Of a stretch of 64,000 bases of DNA, positions 36,335 through 48,860 are shown in pieces; positions within the stretch are counted from its first letter, which is position 1, and each line of letters opens with the position of its first letter. The notes beneath the pieces are model-generated. The model was not told the origin of the DNA. It worked only from the letters and a program-made list of their open reading frames with translations, and did not search any database. The translations under genes were made by a program, and so were the position numbers. This stretch comes from Mobula hypostoma (taxonomy: Eukaryota). The stretch is taken from contig NC_086097.1 of NCBI RefSeq assembly GCF_963921235.1, positions 253,086,001 through 253,150,000 on the forward strand, written 5' to 3'.

Positions 36335-36722
36335 GGGGACCAGACCTCCAGGCCTCAAGCACCAGATTCCCTGATGATGGGACCCAGGCACTGGGCTTCG
36401 AACCCCAAAATCACTGTTGACGGGATACAAATACTAGGCCTTGAGTTCCAGACTCGCTGACGACAGGACTTCAAAAATGAGGCCTCAAGCAATGGACTCG
36501 CCGATGATGGGACCTGAACATTAGGCCTTGAACTCCAGACTCGCCAATGACAGGACCCCAGACATGAAGGCCTCAAGCAGTGGACACACCAACAATGGTA
36601 CCCAAACATTAGACTTCAAGCTCCAGAATCACCAATGACAGCAGCTGAACTCTTAGCTTTGAGATCCGGAATCACTGATGATGAACCCTGAGCTCTGGGC
36701 CTTCATCTCCAGTCTCATTGAC
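36335..36722 (+). repeat. Diverged ~43-bp minisatellite, ~9 units
   Basis: Units such as gggacctgaacattaggccttgaactccagactcgccaatgac. Confidence 0.85.
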
Positions 36723-36889
36723 TCATGTACCCACTGATCCTTGGGGTGGAAAAGGAGCACCAGCTCTTATCACCATTAGTCTGTTGGCCCAACATCTGAC
36801 CACAATCTGTCACTGGCCTTCAACCACGGAGCAGGGACTTACACTCTGGCCTGTCCTCTAATTACCCTTGGTTCAGAATCCCACCTAAA

Positions 36890-37715
36890 GAAAATGCCCA
36901 GCATCATTTCTACGCTATTGCCAGTATGTCCGTTTCCACTGCAAACTGATGCTGAAAACCTAAATCACACCTTTATATTGAATAGACTAGATTAGAGCAA
37001 TGGTCTTTTCACTGGCCTTCCAAAGGAAGCTATTGACAAACTTCAATTCATTCCAAATGTTGCTGCTAGATTTTAACCAAACCTAGGATGAGGGAGCATA
37101 TCACCCCTGTCCTAGCTACTCTGCTCTGGCTTCCTGTATTTTTTAGAACTGATTTTAAAATCTCTTACTTATAGATAGGTAGATATACTTTATTGATCCC
37201 GAGGGAAATTGGGTTTCGTTACAGCCGCATCAACCAAGAATAGAGCATAAATATAGCAATACAAAAACCACAAACAATCAAACAACAAAATGCAAACTAT
37301 GCCAGATGGAAATAAGTCCAGGACCAGCCTATTGGCTCAGGGTGTCTGACCCTCTACGGGAGGAGCTGCAAAGTTCGATGGCCAAAGGCAGGTCTAGGAC
37401 CGGACGACATCAGAGAATCGTTTTCATTTTATAATTCTGCTCGAGCTCTCAGGACTTCCTTCGACAGTCCCTTAAATTTAAACGATCTCCCTCAAAGTAT
37501 AATTGTCAGCTCTGCTATTTTGGAACTACGCTCCTAAACTGTGGAACTCAGTATCTAAAACTATAAAAAACGCAGACTCTGTTGACACTTTTGAACACCA
37601 AATCAAAATCTATTTAACCTTGCTTTTAACTGACATCTTTTTATCTTTTATTTCATGTTTATTTTTACCCATTTGTGAACCACATCGTCTCTCTGAAAAA
37701 TGCTCTATAAATAAG
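36890..37715 (+). mobile_element. L2-clade LINE 3' part, split by a Rex fragment
   Basis: DAENLNHTFI..RLD..KLQFI.NVAAR..REHITPVLA.L.WLPV.FR.DFKI; YAPKLWNS..ADSVDTF. Confidence 0.85.
37171..37392 (-). mobile_element. Rex1 3' end, same family as 51759-53262
   Basis: taagtccaggaccagcctattggctcagggtgtctgaccct shared with ~51851-51891. Confidence 0.85.
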
Positions 37716-37717
37716 TT

Positions 37718-39445
37718 ATAGAAACATAGAAACATAGAAAATAGGTGCAGGAGTAGGCCATTCGGCCCTTCGAGCCTGCACCGCCATTTATTATGATCAT
37801 GGCTGATCATCCAACTCAGAACCCCGCCCCAGCCTTCCCTCCATACCCCCTGACCCCTGTAGCCACAAGGGCCATATCTAACTCCCTCTTAAACATAGCC
37901 AATGAACTGGCCTCAACAGTTTCCTGTGGCAGAGAATTCCACAGATTCACCACTCTCTGTGTGAAGAAGTTTTTCCTAATCTCGGTCCTAAAAGGCTTCC
38001 CCTCTATCCTCAAACTGTGACCCCTCGTTCTGGACTTCCCCAACATCGGGAACAATCTTCTGCATCTAGCCTGTCCAATCCCTTTAGGACCTTATACGTT
38101 TCAATCAGATCCCCCCTCAATCTTCTAAATTCCAACGAGTACAAGCCCAGTTCATCCAGTCTTTCTTCATATGAAAGTCCTGCCATCCCAGGAATCAATC
38201 TGGTGAACCTTCTTTATACTCCCTCTATGGCAAAGATGTCTTTCCTCAGGTTAGGGGACCAAAACTGCACACAATACTCCAGGTGTGGTCTGACCAAGGC
38301 CTTGTACAACTGCAGTAGTACCTCCCTGCTCCTGTACTCGAATCCTCTCGCTATAAATGCCAGCATACCATTCGCCTTTTTCAACGCCTGCTGTACCTGC
38401 ATGCCCACTTTCAATATAATGACACCCAGGTCTCGTTGCACCTCCCCTTTTCCTAATCGGCCACCATTCAGATAATAATCTGTTTTCCTATTTTTGCCAC
38501 CAAAGTGGATAACTTCACATTTATCCACATTAAATTGCATCTGCCATGAGTTTGCCCACTCACCCAACCTATCCAAGTCACCCTGCATCCTCTTAGCATC
38601 CTCCTCACTGCTAACACTGCCACCCAGCTTCGTGTCATCCGCAAACTTGGAGATGCTGCATTTAATTCCCTCATCCAAGTCATTAATATATATTGTAAAC
38701 AACTGGGGTCCCAGCACTGAGCCTTGCGGTACCCCACTAGTCACCGCCTGCCATTCTGAAAAAGTCCCGTTTATTCCCACTCTTTGCTTCCTGTCTGCTA
38801 ACCAATTTTCCACCCACACCAATACCTTACCCCCAATACCGTGTGCTTTAAGTTTGCACACTAATCTCCTGTGTGGGACCTTGTCAAAAGCCTTTTGAAA
38901 ATCCAAATATACCACATCCACTGGTTCTCCCCTATCCACTCTACTAGTTACATCCCCAAAAAATTCTATGAGATTCGTCAGACATGATTTTCCTTTCACA
39001 AATCCATGCTGACTTTGTCCGATCATTTCACCGCTTTCCAAATGTGCTGTTATCACATCCTTGATAACTGACTCCAGCAGTTTCCCCACCACCGACGTTA
39101 GGCTAACCGGTCTATAATTCCCCGGTTTCTCTCTCCCTCCTTTTTTAAAAAGTGGGGTTACATTAGCCACCCTCCAATCCTCAGGAACTAGTCCAGAATC
39201 TAACGAGTTTTGAAAAATTATCACTAATGCATCCACTATTTCTTGGGCTACTTCCTTAAGCACTCTGGGATGCAGACCATCTGGCCCTGGGGATTTATCT
39301 GCCTTCAATCCCTTCAATTTACCTAACACCACTTCCCTACTAACATGTATTTCGCTCAGTTCCTCCATCTCACTGGACCCTCTGTCCCTTACTATTTCTG
39401 GAAGATTATTTATGTCCTCCTTAGTGAAGACAGAACCAAAGTATT
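37718..39445 (-). mobile_element. CR1 subfamily A (young)
   Basis: ORF 38214-39368 RT, one stop and one frameshift near the C-terminus; tail at left. Confidence 0.96.
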
Positions 39446-39620
39446 ATTATTACTATTTAGATAGATACATGCATACATACATTATTGATCCCAAAGGAAA
39501 TTACAGTGTCACAACAGTATTACAAATAACAGGAATTCTGCAGATGCTGGAGATTCAAGCAACACACATCAAAGTTGCTGGTGAACGCAGCAGGCCAGGC
39601 AGCATCTATAGGAAGAGGTA

Positions 39621-39661
39621 CAGTCAACATTTCGGGCTGAGACCCTTCATCAGGACTAACT
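39621..39661 (-). ncRNA. Minimal hammerhead motif in the inverted arm
   Basis: Reverse complement agtc-CTGATGA-agggtctcagccc-GAAA-tgtt-gactg; CpG-decayed helix III. Confidence 0.7.
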
Positions 39662-39943
39662 GAAGGAAGAGTGAGTAAGAGATTTGAAAGTTGGAGGGGG
39701 AGGGGGAGATCCAAAATGATAGGAGGAGGGGGAGGGATGGAGCCAAGAGCTGGACAGGTGATTGGCAAAAGGGATATGAGAGGATCATGGGACAGGAGGC
39801 CCGAAAAGAAAGACAAGGGGGGTGGAACCCAGAGGATGGGCAAGGGGTATAGTCAGAGGGACAGAGGGAGAAAAAGGAGAGAGAGAGAAAGAATGTGTGT
39901 ATAAAAATAAGTAGCAGATGGGGTACGAGGGGGAGGTGGGGCA

Positions 39944-40850
39944 TTAGTGGAAGTTAGAGAAGTCGATGTTCATGCCATCAGGTTGTAGGCTACCCAGACG
40001 GAATATAAGGTGTTGTTCCTCCAACCTGAGTGTGGCTTCATCTTTACAGTAGAGGAGGCCGTGGATAGACATGTCAGAATGGGAATGGGATGTGGAATTA
40101 AAATGTGTGGCCACTGGCAGATCCTGCTTTCTCTGGCGGACAGAGCGTAGGTGTTCAGCAAAGTGGTCTCCCAGTCTGCGTCGGGTCTCGCCAATATATA
40201 AAAGGCCACATCGGGAGCACCGGACGCAGTATATCACCCCAGTCGACTCACAGGTGAAGTGTCGCCTCACCTGGAAGGACTGTTTGGGGCCCTGAATGGT
40301 GGTAAGGGAGGAAGTGTAAGGGCATGTGTAGCACTTGTTCCGCTTACACAGATAAGTGCCAGGAGGGAGATCAGTGGGGAGGGATGGGGGGTGCGAATGG
40401 ACAAGGGAGTCGCGTAGGGAGTGATCCCTGTGGAAAGCAGAGAGCGGCTTAGTGGTGGGATCCCGTTGGAGGTGGCAGAAGTTACGGAGAATAATATGTT
40501 GGACCCGGAGGGTGGGGGGGTGGTAGGTGAGGACCAGGGGAACCCTATTCCTAGTGGGGTGGCGGGAGGATGGAGTGAGAGCAGATGTACATGAAATGGG
40601 GGAGATGTGTTTAAGAGCAGAGTTGATAATGGAGGAAGGGAAGCCTCTTTCTTTAAAAAAGGAGGATATCTCCCTCGTCCTAGAATGAAAAGCCTCATCC
40701 TGAGAGCAGATGTGGTGGAGACGGAGGAATTGCGAGAAGGAGATGGCATTTTTGCAAGAGACAGGGTGAGAAGAGGAATAGTCCAGATAGCTGTGAGAGT
40801 CAATAGGCTTATAGTAGACATCAGTGGATAAGCTGTCTCCAGAGACAGAG
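39944..40850 (-). pseudogene. Inverted second copy of the PLE thumb and GIY-YIG region
   Basis: Stop-free frame, GVIYCVRCSRCGLLYIGET. Confidence 0.9.
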
Positions 40851-42110
40851 CTCCGTCTAGCGGAATTAGTCCTTACTCTTAATAATTTCTCCTTCGGCTC
40901 CTCCCACTTCCTCCAAACTAAAGGTGTAGCTATGGGCACCCGTATGGGTCCTAGCTATGCCTGCCTTTTTGTTGGGTTTGTGGAACAATCTATGTTCCGT
41001 GCCTATTCTGGTATCTGTCCCCCACTTTTCCTTCGCTACATCGATGACTGCATTGGTGCTGCTTCCTGCACGCATGCAGAGCTCGTTGACTTTATTAACT
41101 TTGCCTCCAACTTTCACCCTGCCCTCAAGTTTACCTGGTCCATTTCCGACACCTCCCTCCCCGTTCTAGATCTTTCTGTCTCTGTCTCTGGAGACAGCTT
41201 ATCCACTGATGTCTACTATAAGCCTATTGACTCTCACAGCTATCTGAACTATTCCTCTTCTCACCCTGTCTCTTGCAAAAATGCCATCCCCTTCTCGCAA
41301 TTCCTCCATCTCCGCCGCATCTGCTCTCAGGATGAGGCTTTTCATTCCAGGACGAAGGAGATGTCCTCCTTTTTTAAAGAAAGGGGCTTCCCTTCCTCCA
41401 CCATCAACTCTGCTCTCAAACGCATCTCCCCCATTTCACGCACATCTGCTCTCACTCCATCCTCCCGCCACCCCACTAGGAATAGGGTTCCCCTGGTCCT
41501 CACCTACCACCCCACCAGTCTCCGGGTGCAACATATTATTCTCCATAACTTCTGCTACCTCCAACGGGATCCCACCACTAAGCACATCTTTCCCTCAACC
41601 CCTCTCTCTGCATTCCGCAGGGATCACTCCCTACGCGACTTCCTTGTCCATTCGTCCCCCCCATCCCTCCCCACTGATCTCCCTCCTTATCCGTGTACTT
41701 ATCCATGTAAGCGGAATAAGTGCTACACATGCCCTTACACTTCCTCCCTTACCACCATTCAGGGCCCCAAACAGTCCTTCCAGGTGAGGCGACACTTCAC
41801 CTGTGAGTCGACTGAGGTGATATACTGCGCCCGGTGCTCCCGATGTGGCCTTTTATATATTGGCGAGACCCGACGCAGACTGGGAGACCACTTTGCTGAA
41901 CACCTACGCTCTGTCCGCCAGAGAAAGCAGGATCTGCCAGTGGCCACACATTTTAATTCCACATCCCATTCCCATTCTGACATGTCTATCCACGGCCTCC
42001 TCTACTGTAAAGATGAAGCCACACTCAGGTTGGAGGAACAACACCTTATATTCCGTCTGGGTAGCCTCCAACCTGATGGCATGAACATCGACTTCTCTAA
42101 CTTCCGCTAA
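40851..42110 (+). pseudogene. 5'-truncated PLE ORF: RT (GVAMG, RYIDD), CxxxxCxxC linker, GIY-YIG endonuclease
   Basis: Stop-free frame; VIYCARCSRCGLLYIGETRRRL..EH..VATHFN..E; first ATG at 40932; RT N-terminal half missing. Confidence 0.9.
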
Positions 42111-42404
42111 TGCCCCTCCTCCCCCTCATACCCCATCTGTTACTTATTTTTATACACACATTCTTTCTCTCACTCTCCTTTTTCTCCCTCTGTCCCTCCG
42201 AATATACCCCTTGCCCATCCTCTGGGTTCCCCCCCCACTTGTCTTTCTTCCCGGACCTCCTGTCCCATGATCCTCTTATATCTTCTTTGCCAATCACCTG
42301 TCCAGCTCTTGGCTCCATCCCTCCCCCTCCTGTCTTCTCCTATCATTTTGGATCTCCCCCTCCCCACCCAACTTTCAAATCTCTTACTCACTCTTCCTTC
42401 AGTT

Positions 42405-42440
42405 AGTCCTGACGAAGGGTCTCGGCCTGAAACGTCGACT
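42405..42440 (+). ncRNA. Minimal type I hammerhead ribozyme motif
   Basis: agtc-CTGACGA(42409-15)-agg..cct-GAAA(42429-32)-CG-TC^-gact; palindromic ACGT replaces helix III. Confidence 0.8.
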
Positions 42441-42639
42441 GTACCTCTTCTTAGAGATGCTGCCTGGCCTGCTGCATTCACCAGCAACTTTGATATGTGT
42501 TACAGTGTTACAAATGCACATTTATAAATATTAGAAGAGAAGTAAGAAAGGATAAAAAAAAGTTACCTTAAAAATAAGATTACAAGATTTACAAGATTTA
42601 CAAGCACAGTCATTTGTTAATTGCTAGGAACTTTCAGAC

Positions 42640-43805
42640 CATCATAACATCGTTCCCACAATCCTGATTGACAAGTTGCAGAACCTGGGCTTCTGTCCCT
42701 CCCTCTGCAATTGGATCCTCGACTTCCTAACCAGAAGACCACAATCTGTGTGGATTGGTGATAACATTTCCTCCTCGGTGACGATCAACACTGGTGCACC
42801 TCAGGGGTGTGTGCTTAGCCCGCTGCTCTACTCTCTATATACACATGACTGTGTGGCTAGGCATAGCTCAAATACTATTCACAAATTTGCTGATGATACA
42901 ACTATCGTTGTTAGAATCTCAGGTGGTGACGAGAGGGCATACAGGAGTGAGATATGCCAACTAGTGGAATGATGCCACAGCAACAACCTGGCACTCAACG
43001 TCAATAAGACAAAAGAGCTGATTGTGGACTTCAGGAAGGGTAAGATGAAGGGACACATACCAGTTCTCATAGACGGATCAGAAGTGGAGAGAGTGAGCAG
43101 CTTCAAGTTCCTGGGTGTCAAGATCTCTGAGGATCTAACCTGGTCCCAACATATCGATGTAGTTATAAAGAAGGCAAGACAGCAGCTATACCTTATTAGG
43201 AGTCTGAAGAGATTTGGTATGTCAACAAATACACTCAAAAACTTCTACAGTTTATACTGTGGGGAGCATTCTGACAGGCTGCATCACTGTCTGGTGTGGA
43301 GGGGCTACTGCACAGGACCGAAAGAAGCTGCAGAAGGTTGTAAATTTAGTCGGCTCCATCTTGAGTACGAGCCTGCAAAGTACCCAGGACATCTTCAAGG
43401 AGCGGTGTCTCAGAAAGACAGTGTCCATTATTAAGGATCTCCAGCACCCAGGGCATGTCCTTTTCTCACTGTTACCATCAGGTAGGGGGTACAGAAGCCT
43501 GAGGGCACACACTCAGAAATTCATAAACTTCCCCTCTGCCATCCGATTCCTAAATGGACATTGAACCTTTGGACACTACCTTGCTTTTTTAAAATATACA
43601 GTATTTCTGTTTTTACACATTTTTGAAATCTATTAAATATATGTATACTGTAATTAATTTACTTGTTTATTTATTTTTAAAATTTTATTTATTATTATTT
43701 TTTCTCTGCTAGATTATGTATTACATTGTACTGCTGCTGCTAAGTTAACAAATTTCACATCACATGCCGGTGATAATAACCGGATTCTGATTCTGACTCT
43801 GACTA
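42640..43805 (+). mobile_element. Rex1/Babar-like LINE, RT C-terminal half to tail
   Basis: [37 protein letters not shown]; (gattct)n tail. Confidence 0.92.
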
Positions 43806-44454
43806 TTCTAATGGTGTTTAGTTTTGTGGCTTTCTGGAGATTTATATAAATATTGCTGTATAGGCCTAAAGCTCAATGCTGTTGTGTATTATTGAACTAT
43901 TATTTGTGTATTATTATTATTGTTAACCTAAACCAAAATAAAACATGAAGAAATCATAAAATACTGCAGGCAGGTGGAGGGCCTTTTGCCTCCTCACTGG
44001 GAGACAGACACCTGAAGTTGGGGCAGGTGACAAACAAGTCACTGTCTCGTGCCTGGATTACTTCAATGGAACGGCCAGTGCTGCTGTTTGAAACTGGCAG
44101 GAACCTCACTCCAGAGCTCCCACTTTGAGTTCCAGGACCCTGGTGTGATTTCCATGGACCTTTGGGAGAATCACTCTAGACTGTGTGCACACCATCAATC
44201 ACCTCCCAGATCGAGGACAGCATGGTTAGGCTCTGAATTCTGCCAACTTTATTCTGCTCGGGTAATGTCCCTCAGAACAAAGTCCCTGCTGCCAGATAAA
44301 GTCACAGAGCACTACACACAAACAGGCCCTTCGGTCCATCTAGTATGTGCCAACCTGTTTTTCTGCTGAATCCCATCCACCCAAACATGGACTGAGCATG
44401 ACATCTACCCAAGGTATCATTCAAAATATATTTAACTTGGGAGTTCTTCAAACT

Positions 44455-45352
44455 TAAAAATTGGAAGGATGTTGAGGCTTTGGAGAGGGTGCAGAAGAGA
44501 TTCACCAGGGTGCTGCCTGGTTAAGAGGGTTATGTAATGAGAGGCTGGATAAAAGTGGGTTGTTTTCTCTGGGGCAGTGGAGACTAAGGGGAGATCTGAT
44601 AGAGGTTTATAAGACTATGAGAAGCAGAGACAGACAGTATCTTTTTCCAGGGTTGAAATGTCTAAGACCAAAGGGCATGCATTAAAGGTGAGAGGGGGTA
44701 ACTTCAAAGGAGTTGTGAGGGGCAGGTTTGAGTGGTGGGTGCTGGAACATAGAACATAGAACATAGAATAGTACAGCACAGTACAGGCCCTTCGGCCCAC
44801 AATGTTGTGCCAACCCTCAAACCCTGCCTGCCATATAACCCCCCACCTTAGATTCCTCCATATACCTGTCTAGTAGTCTCTTAAACTTCAGTAGTGTATC
44901 TGCCTCCACCACTGACTCAGGCAGTGCATTCCACGCACCAACCACTCTCTGAGTAAAAAACCTTCCTCTAATATCCCCCTTGAACTTCCCACCCCTTACC
45001 TTAAAGCCATGTCCTCTTGTATTGAGCAGTGGTGCCCTGGGGAAGAGGCGCTGGCTATCCACTCTATCTATTCCTCTTATTATCTTGTACACCTCTATCA
45101 TGTCTCTTCTCATCCTCCTCCTCTCCAAAGAGTAAAGCCCTAGCTTCCTTAACGTGCTGCCTGGGGTGGTGGTCGAGGCAGATACGTTAGAGACTTTTAA
45201 GAGACGTAGATAGGCACATGAATGTGAGGAAATAGGAGGGTTTGGACATTCTGTAGGGAGAAAAGATTAGTTTACCCAGCCATTTAATTACTAATTTAAT
45301 TAGTGTGGGAGAATGGCCTGTTCCTGTGTTGCGTTGTTCGATGTTCTATGTT
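44455..45352 (+). mobile_element. Old CR1 3' end split by a young CR1
   Basis: KDVEALERVQKRF.. 44460-44745 continues at 45151 (aacgtgctgcc..); ttctatg tail. Confidence 0.8.
44746..45153 (-). mobile_element. CR1 subfamily B, 3' fragment
   Basis: ORF 44817-45128; (catagaa)n tail. Confidence 0.95.
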
Positions 45353-45454
45353 AGATATTTGCTCAAAAGTTGGCATTTTACTTAACCATCACTGGTGTTG
45401 TTACAACAGCTGATGAGGGTCTGGGGAAGTCATTCCTACCCCACAGCACATAAG

Positions 45455-45900
45455 GCATAGAAAACTACAGCACAATACAGGCCCTTCAGCCCACGATGTT
45501 GTGCTAACCCTCTAACCTACTGTAGGGAAAATCTAACCCTTCCCTTCCACATACCCTCCATTGTTCTAACATCCATGTGCCTGTCCTGAGGAACAGATTC
45601 TTCCCCGTCATCGTCAGATTTCTGAGTGGTCTATGAACCCATGAACATTACCACACTATTTTTCCCTCTTCTTTCTATTGTAATTTATAGATTTTGTTAC
45701 TTGGTACTGCAATGTACTGCTGTCGTAAAGCAATAAATTTCACGTCATAGTGTACGCTAGTGATATTAAACCTGATTCTGATTCTGATCTGAGTCTCTTC
45801 AATACCCCTAATATATCTGCCTCTACCACCATCCCTGGTAGGTGATCCACACACTCACCACTCACTGTGAAAAAAACTTACTTCTGACATCTCCCAAAAA
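45455..45900. mobile_element. CR1 3' end (minus) split by a Rex1-like 3' end (plus, 45585-45790)
   Basis: CR1 3'UTR at 45455-45585 resumes at 45790; insert ends in (gattct)n. Confidence 0.7.
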
Positions 45901-46377
45901 AAAGCTCCTAGAAAGAAAGATTTAAGTGGCCACACACATATTTTTTATCAGTACCCTCGCAGTCACTACAATGTTTAAATACTCTGCACTGAATCAAATT
46001 GTTCCAAATTTTCTAGCTCTAAATCTCTCACACAGATGAAATACAAGAATATTTTTCATTTTCGCGTTTGACAAGCTAAACATTGATGATGATATCGTTA
46101 AAGAGCGTCGCATAGCTGAGGCTTAGTTACCGAGTTTATTTAACTGGTGAGTAACTCACTCCTGACCACTGCAGATGAGTAATGGGCTTTCAGACTGGTG
46201 AAATAAAGCCATTAATTACCTGCCACCGATGTCAAACCCTGAACCGTGAGGAACTGTATTTTCTCAGGTGGCATGGTTTTCAAAGGGACAGAAATGAGTG
46301 ACACTATGTAATGCTAAAATGCTGTGTTGCTTCTGTTTAACAGATATGGTAGCACTCAGTTCCTAAAGGTTGTCATG

Positions 46378-46905
46378 TGGGGGAGGAGTGTAGTGGAGAT
46401 AAGTGCCCACTACCTATTAAATGTTCCTAATGGTGTGCATCTCAAATAGCCTCAAACAACCAAGTCCAGCTCCTGGCCTTCACGTGTGGCTTAGCTACTA
46501 AGCCCAGCGAAACCGTTTCTACTGACACAAGAAGGGGCAACCATGGGTTACTGACACGTTAAAAACAGTTGGGGCTCGTCGGTCATGGTTGACAGCTCAT
46601 CTAGAAGGAAAACTCTGATCTCAAACTCCTGCGCTTGGGAAGGCTTCGGGAGTAAACTCCGAGGAAAAATCTGGAGCTGGAGCCCCTCAGGCAATCCTAC
46701 GTTGAGTCCAATGCTCCTGTGACGCTGCTGGTGCCAAACTGTATCGGTCTCTCCTGTTCCTTTGCATTCATCAGCTGTGTGTGGAGGGGGGGGAGCCTGT
46801 TGCATGGGCAACAGCTTGCACCCCACATCGTACTGCCCTGGCCTGCGTATGTAGACAGCTGGGACACAACATCCACTGTCGACCCTGACCAACAGAGGCC
46901 TCAAA
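46378..46905 (+). repeat. Non-coding interspersed repeat copy 1 (possibly RTE-5'UTR-derived)
   Basis: Collinear with 47925-48860; family assignment is inference. Confidence 0.75.
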
Positions 46906-47189
46906 GATGGCATTTGTGTTTTTGAAGTGATGACTGAGTTTTAAAAGAAAATGCAATCGGAATGACTTAATGTGAAATAAATTCCTGCAGTCGAATGGTA
47001 TTTCAATGGATCCCAACATAAAATAATCAACTTGTGCTGAAGCATCAGATCTGCAAAATAAAACCTGTGCTCTTTCTTCAGAAAGGATATTCAACCTTTA
47101 ACGATTGAAACAGGACTTTCACTTTGCAGACTTGGAGGTGAAAATGAATACCAGTTACTGTCTCTCCTACACCCCCAACATCCCGAACC

Positions 47190-47350
47190 ACATCCCCTCA
47201 TGATGCAGCACCGAGCGTCATAGGAAGTCATTCCTGCCTGTGGCCATCAAACTTTACAACTCCTCCCTTGTTTAATTTTAAGTTTAATAAAATCTCGTGC
47301 TTTAAGTGTTTTTAAACCGGGTGCACAGTAAAACAACAAAATTCACATCA
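47190..47350 (+). mobile_element. Rex1 3' fragment
   Basis: CSTERHRKSFLPVAIKLYNSSL, as in ORF 51867-53198. Confidence 0.8.
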
Positions 47351-47924
47351 ACAAAAATCTTGCTTGGGCGATATCTTCAAAATACTGTAGAATTGACTCG
47401 AGCTCTTTGAGAAGAAAGAATAAAAAATAAATATAATGATTTTCCCAGAAATAATGTGTGAGTAAATTTCAGGTTTAAGTAATGGAAGGAAGTTTGAATA
47501 CACTAAATCCAAGCTGTAGTGTTGAATATCTCTCTGCAATTCAAGCATTCACCAGTTTAACAGCTACCTCTCTGTAAAAAGCTCACCTGCAATGACCCTG
47601 CCTGTCAGTTCCAGCCGGGTATTAGTATCATGCTGTCTTTGAAGTTGCTTACAAGCATTAGGATATATCACCTTGTGCTGTGCTTTCAGCTTAAAGAAAC
47701 CTGTGACATTCAGTGATCAAGGCAATTGGCCCCAGACAGACAACTACGTGTGAGACCCCGTTCGGGTAGGAAGGTTTGGTTTCTTCAGCAATATTGAGGG
47801 AGGAACAGAAATGAAGCATGGACTTACCAGTGCAGCTTTTAGTCTCAACTGATCCTGTAGATAAGGAGCTCAGTATTTTTTAGTAATGCTGCTACCCCTG
47901 CAGTTCCTTAAGGTTGTTATCGCT

Positions 47925-48860
47925 GGAGGTGGTAGTGGGGATAAGCTCCCACTGCCTATTAAATGCTCCCAGTGACGAGCATCTTAAAGAGCCTCTGACA
48001 ACCAAGTTCAGCTCCTGCCCTGCACGTGTTGCTTAGTTACTCAGCCCGGTGGAGCCATTTCTACTGACAGGATGTGCCCTCCCGTCGTGTGACAGCCCTA
48101 GGAATAAGATGTGTATAAGATGATGAGAGGCATTGATCGTGTGGATAGTCAGAGGCTTTTTCCCAGGGCTGAAATGGTTTCCACAAGAGGACACAGGTTT
48201 AAGGTGCTGGGGAGTAGGTACAGAGGAGATATCAGGGGTAAGTTTTTTACTCAGAGAGTGGTGAGTATGTGGAATGAGCTGTCGGCAACAGTGGTGGAGG
48301 CAGATATGATAGGATCTTTTAAGAGGCTTTTGGATAGCTAAATGGAGCTTAGAAAAATAGAGGGCTATGGGTAAGCCTAGTAATTTCTAATGTAGGGACA
48401 TGTTCGGCACAACTTTGTGGGCCGAAGGGCCTGTATTGTGCTGTAGGTTTTCTACGTTTCTAAGGGGAAAAGGCAGGTTACTGGCACTTTCAGACAGATG
48501 GGCTCGCCAGTCATGGTTGGCAGCTCATCAAGGAGAAGGAAAACTCTGATCTCAAACTTCTGCTGCCTTTGTGGCTGTATCCACTCATGGGGAAGGCTTC
48601 AGGAGTAATCCCTGAGGAAAAATCCAGAGCTGGACTCCCGAAGGCAGTCCTACACTGAGTTCAACACTGACCGGCAACTCCTGCGATGCCACTTGTGACA
48701 AACTGTTTCAGTCTCTGCCTTTCCTTTGGATTCATCAGCTGCATGGAGAGGGGGAGCGTGCTACATGGGCAACAATGTGCTGTTGGGTCCTGGCTTGTGT
48801 ATTGACTATAACAGCTAGGACACAACGTCCATGGTCAGCCCAGACCAGTAGAAGACCTCT
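47925..48860 (+). repeat. Non-coding interspersed repeat copy 2, split by CR1
   Basis: 47925-48072 plus 48463-48860 match 46378-46905. Confidence 0.75.
48105..48462 (+). mobile_element. CR1 (D) 3' end
   Basis: ORF 48111-48341; tail. Confidence 0.9.

Larger units (their letters stand above)
39528..42501. mobile_element. Penelope-like element (Neptune-type) with inverted duplication; 14-bp TSD
   Basis: Minus arm 39528-40850, plus copy 40851-42501; ACAGTATTACAAAT 39514-39527 vs ACAGTGTTACAAAT 42502-42515. Confidence 0.93.

Noticed and set aside
36335..36722. CRISPR-like periodicity
   Set aside because: Whole units are homologous, with no spacers or cas genes; eukaryotic context
40824..40850. 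N-terminus of the 428-aa ORF (and of minus ORF 39944-40939)
   Set aside because: GTG starts read across the inversion junction; not genuine starts
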